Of a stretch of DNA of 64,000 nucleotides, positions 59,776 through 64,000 are shown piece after piece. The stretch is taken from assembly GCF_030028105.1 (NCBI RefSeq), contig NC_092393.1, forward strand, positions 19,323,825 through 19,387,824. Reading direction: 5' to 3'. The notes under the pieces were generated by a model. The model saw nothing but the letters and a program-made list of their open reading frames with translations. It did not search any database and had not been told where the DNA came from. The DNA is from Mobula birostris. Its lineage: Eukaryota. The stretch's first letter is position 1, and every line of letters begins with the position of its first letter. Made by a program: the position numbers and the translations under genes.

Positions 59776-62700
59776 AACATAAGACCATAAGATATAGGAG
59801 CAGAATTAGGCCATTTGACCCATCGAGTCTGCTCCACCATTTCATCATGGCTAATCCAATTTTGCTCTCAGTGCCAGTCTTCTGCCTTCTCCCCATCTCT
59901 CTTCAGGACCTGACCAGTAAAGAATATATTAACCTCTGCCTTACATATACATAAATACCTGGCCTCCACAGCTGCCTGCGGCAAAGAATACCATAGATTC
60001 ACCACTCTCTGGCTAAGAAATTCACCCTTATCTCCATTCTAAAAGGACACCCCTCTAGTCTGAGGTTGTGTCCTCAGGTCTTAGACTGTCCCACCATAGA
60101 AAACATCCTCTCTACATCCACTCTATCAAGGCCTTTCACTATTTGATAGGTGCCAGTGAGGTCACCCCTCATTCTTCTAAATTCTAGTGAATACAGGCCC
60201 AGAACCATCAAACACACTTCATATGACAAGCCATTCAATCCTGAAATAATTCTTGTGAGCCTCCTTCGAACCCTCTCAGTTTCAGCACATCCTTTCTAAG
60301 GGGCCCAAAACTGTTCACTACACAGTACTCCAAGTGCAGCCTCTCCAGTGCTTTATAAAGTCTCAGTTACATCCTTGCATTTATATTCTCATCCTCTTGA
60401 AATAAATGTGAACACTGCATTTGCCTTCCTCACCAGACTCAAGCTGCAAATTAACCTTCAGCGAATCCTGAACAAGGATGCCCAAGTCCTTTTGCACCTT
60501 AGTTTTTTTTGTTTTTTCTCTTCACTTAGAAAATAGTCAACCCTTCTACTAAAGTGCAAGACCAGACACTTCCCAACACTGTATTCATTCTGACATTTCT
60601 TTGACCATTCTCCTCATCTGTCTGGCCTTCTGTAGCCTCTCTACTTCCTGAAATCTACCTGCCCCTCCAGCTATCTTCATATCATCTGCAAACTTTGCAA
60701 CAAAGCCATCAGTTCCATCATTCAAATCATTGACATATAACGTAAAACAAATTGGTCCCAACACAGCTTCCTGTGGAACACCATAGAACATAGAATAGTA
60801 CAGCACAGTACAGGCCCTTCGGCCCACATTGTTGTGCTGACCCACAAACCCTGCCTCCCATATAACCCCCACCTTAAATTCCTCCATAAACCTGTCTAGT
60901 AGTCTCTTAAATTTCACTAGTGTATCTGCCTCCACCACTGACTCAGGCAGTGTATTCCACGCACCAACCACTCTCTTAAATAAAAAACCTTCCTCTAATA
61001 TCCCCCTTGAACTTCCCACCCCTTACCTTAAAGCCATGTCCTCTTGTATTGAGCAGTGGTGCCCTGGGAAAGAGGTGCCGGCTATCCACTCTATCTATTC
61101 CTCTTAATATCTTGTACACCTCTATCACGCCTCCTCTCATCCTCCTTAACTCCAGAGAGTAAAGCCCTAGCTCCCTTAATCTCTGATCATAATGCATACC
61201 CTCTAAACCAGGCAGCATCCTGATAAATCTCCTCTGTACCCTTTCCAATGCTTCCACATCCTTCCTATAGTGAGGCGACCAGAGCTAGACACAGTACCCC
61301 AAGTGAGGCCTAACCAGAGTTTTATAGAGCTGCATAATTACCCTGTGACTCTTAAACGCTATCCCTCAACTTATGAAAGCCAACACTCCATAAGTTTTCT
61401 TAACTACCCTATCTACCTGTGAGGCAACTTTCAGAGATCTGTGGACATGTACCCCCAGATCCCTCTGCTCCTCCACACTACCAAGTATCCTGCCATTTAA
61501 TTTGTACTCTGTCTTGGAGTTTGTCCTTCCAACGTGTACCACCTCAAACTTCTGCGGGTTGGACTCCATCTGCCACTTCTCAGCCCACTTCTGCATCCTA
61601 TCAACGTCTCTCTGCAATTTTTGACAATCCTCTACACTATCTACAACACCACCAATTTTTGTGTCGTCTGCAAACTTGCCAACCCACCCTCCTACCCCCA
61701 CATCCAGGTTGTTAACAAAAAATGATGAAAAATAGAGGTCCCAGAACCAATCCTTGTGGGACACCACTAGTCACAGCCCTCCAATCTGAATGCACTCCCT
61801 CCACCACCACCCTCTGCCTTCTGCAGGCAAGCCAATTCTGAATCCACCTGGCCAAACTACCCTGGATCCTAAGCCTTCTAACTTTCTTTTTGACTGTGTG
61901 GAACCTTGTCAAACACCTTACTAAAATCCATGTAGATCACATCCACTGCACTACCCTCATCTATATGCCTGGTCACCTCCTCAAAGAACTCTATCAGGCT
62001 TGTTAGACATGATCTGCCCTTCACAAAGCTATGCTGACTGTCCCTGATCAGACCATGATTCTCTAAGTGCCCATAGATCCTATCTCTAAGAATCTTTTCC
62101 AACAGCTTTCCCACCACAGACATAAGGCTCACTGGTCTATAATTACCCGGACTATCCCTACTACCTTTTTTGAACAAGGGGACAACATTTGCCTCCCTCC
62201 AATCCTCCAGTACCATTCCCGTAGACAACGAGGGCACAAAGATCCTAGCCAGAGGCACAGCAATCTCTTCCCTCGCCTCGTGGAGCAGCCTGGGGAATAT
62301 TTCGTCAGGCCCCGGGGACTTATCCATCCTAATGTATTTTAACAACTCCAACACCTCCTCTCCCTTAATATCAGCATGCTCCAGAACATCAACCTCACTC
62401 ATATTGTCCTCACCAACAAGTTCCCTCTCATTGGTGAATACCGAAGAGAAGTACTCATTGAGGACCTCGCTCACTTCCAGAGCCTCCAGGCACATCATCC
62501 CACCTTTATCTCTAATCGGTCCTATCTTCACTCCTGTCATCCTTTTGTTCTTCACATAATTGAAGAATGCCTTGGGGTTTTCCTTTACCCTATTCACCAA
62601 GGCCTTCTCATGCCCCCTTCTTGCTCTCCTCAGCTCCTTCTTAAGCCCCTTTGTTGCTACCCTATATTCCACAATAGACCCATCTGATCCTTGCTTCCTA

Positions 62701-63602
62701 AACCTTACATATGCTGCCTTCTTCCACTTGACTAGGTTTTCTACCTCATTTGTCACCCATGGTTCCTTCACCCTACCATTCCTTATCTTCCTCACCGGGA
62801 CAAATTTATCCCTAACATCCTGCAAGAGATCTCCAAACATCCACCACATGTCCATACCACCAGCAGCCAACCACAAAAGGCTCCCTTAATTCCCTTTGCT
62901 CCTGCCAATCAGCCTGCTTTATCCATGATAGAATCTTTCCTGTAATACTATAGTTTGTTAAGCAGCTTCATGTGTGCCACCTTGTCAAAGGTCTTCTGAA
63001 AATCCAAGTGCAAAACATCAACCAATTTTCCTTTCTCTATCTTGCTTGTTATTTCTTCAAAGAGTTCTGAAAGGTTGTCAGGCTAGATTTTCCCTCGAGG
63101 AAACCATGCTGATTACAGCCTGAGTCTTCATCCTAAAGAATCGACTCCAAGAACTTCACACTGAGGTCTGACTAACTGGACTATAGTTTCCTTTTTTCTG
63201 CCTCTCTCCCTCCTTGAAGTGTGGAGTGACATTAGCAATTTTCTAGTCTTCCAGAACCATTCCAAGATCTAATGATTGTTGAAAGATCATTACTAATGTC
63301 TCCACAATTTCTTCAGCCACCTCTTTCAGATCTCTGGGTGTACACCATCTGGTCCAGGTGACTTATCTACCTTCAGACCTTTCAGCATCGCAAGAACCTT
63401 CACTCTAGTAATGGTAACTTCACAGACTTCATGACCCCTGACACCTGCAACTTCCACCATACTGCTGGCGTCTTCCACGATGAAGACTGATGCCAAATGC
63501 TTATTCAATTCGTTCGCCAATTCCTTGTCCCCCATTACTACCTCTCCAGCATTATTTTGCAGCCATCTGATATCCACTCTCGCCTCTCTTGTACACTTTA
63601 GC
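59776..63602 (-). mobile_element. CR1 LINE (same family as 20069-22958), split by a younger CR1
   Basis: KGLKVDKSPGPDGVHP (63326-63604); GVPQEAVLGP..VAKFADD (~60600-60780); CTTATGGTCTTATG tail. The host sequence resumes at ~62853. Confidence 0.85.
60782..62852 (-). mobile_element. Younger 5'-truncated CR1 LINE (RT largely readable)
   Basis: 332-aa ORF with [34 protein letters not shown], then frameshifted [11 protein letters not shown] and KFADDTK; tail TATTCTATGTTCTATG. Confidence 0.95.
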
Positions 63603-64000
63603 ATCTATTAACGCAATTTAAGGCTAGTTAACTAGTCCAATACTTTTGATGAAATTGAGTACATTTCTGCAACATAGGTAACAAATTTGTGTCGAGGATA
63701 ATACAGTACTATCATGTGGATTGATCAATGTTGCCATTTCATTTCACAAGCTAGGAACTCCTCACTTGTTTGATCTTAATTCATTTGCTTATTCTATCAT
63801 CTTAGGAATTGACCTAGGGTAATATATATATCTTAAAAGTAAATATACCTTAAATACGGATGCCATAATAATATACAGTACTCCAGGTGCAGTCTTATCA
63901 GCTCCCCCTGTAAAGTTGTAGCAAAATGTCCCTTGGTTTAATATGTACCACATCCCTTACAATAAAGGTCAACATTCCATTAAGTTTCTGAATTATTTTA

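Noticed and set aside
61878-62876. 332-aa RT ORF as a possible active or domesticated gene
   Set aside because: It belongs to a 5'-truncated CR1 copy and frameshifts before the FADD catalytic motif.
45900-64000. Search for another host gene beyond TMEM220
   Set aside because: No exon with recognisable host-protein similarity was found and the region is almost entirely TE-derived. Short exons could have been missed by eye.

Overview
Eukaryotic (vertebrate) genomic DNA, not prokaryotic. The repeat landscape (CR1, Penelope-like, Rex1/Babar, V-SINE) suggests a cartilaginous fish, probably a ray or skate (inference). Three intron-containing genes were reconstructed by hand from GT-AG sites and reading frame. 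(1) Exon 1 of a minus-strand gene with a mitochondrial-type presequence at 3721-3888, probably SCO1 by synteny. (2) A complete ADPRM on + (leader exon ending at 5805; coding exons 10548-11160, 15265-15387, 23893-24188; 343 aa). (3) A complete TMEM220 on - (6 exons, 41072 to 30713; 175 aa). Most of the rest is transposon-derived: at least three Penelope-like element (PLE) lineages with minimal hammerhead ribozymes, inverted pseudo-LTR ends and 10-15 bp target-site duplications (TSDs); many CR1, RTE and Rex1 LINE fragments; SINEs; hAT, Harbinger and Tigger4/Zombi-like DNA transposons; and a decayed Gypsy (Mag-like) provirus. Several insertions are nested. Nearly all ORFs in the track are repeat-derived or spurious. 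I found no clearly novel biological system. The best leads are the ribozyme-bearing inverted PLE insertions in host introns, an in-frame N-terminal extension of ADPRM, and the Tigger4-like element. Repeat boundaries without a stated TSD are approximate, and family assignments come from recalled motifs, not database searches.
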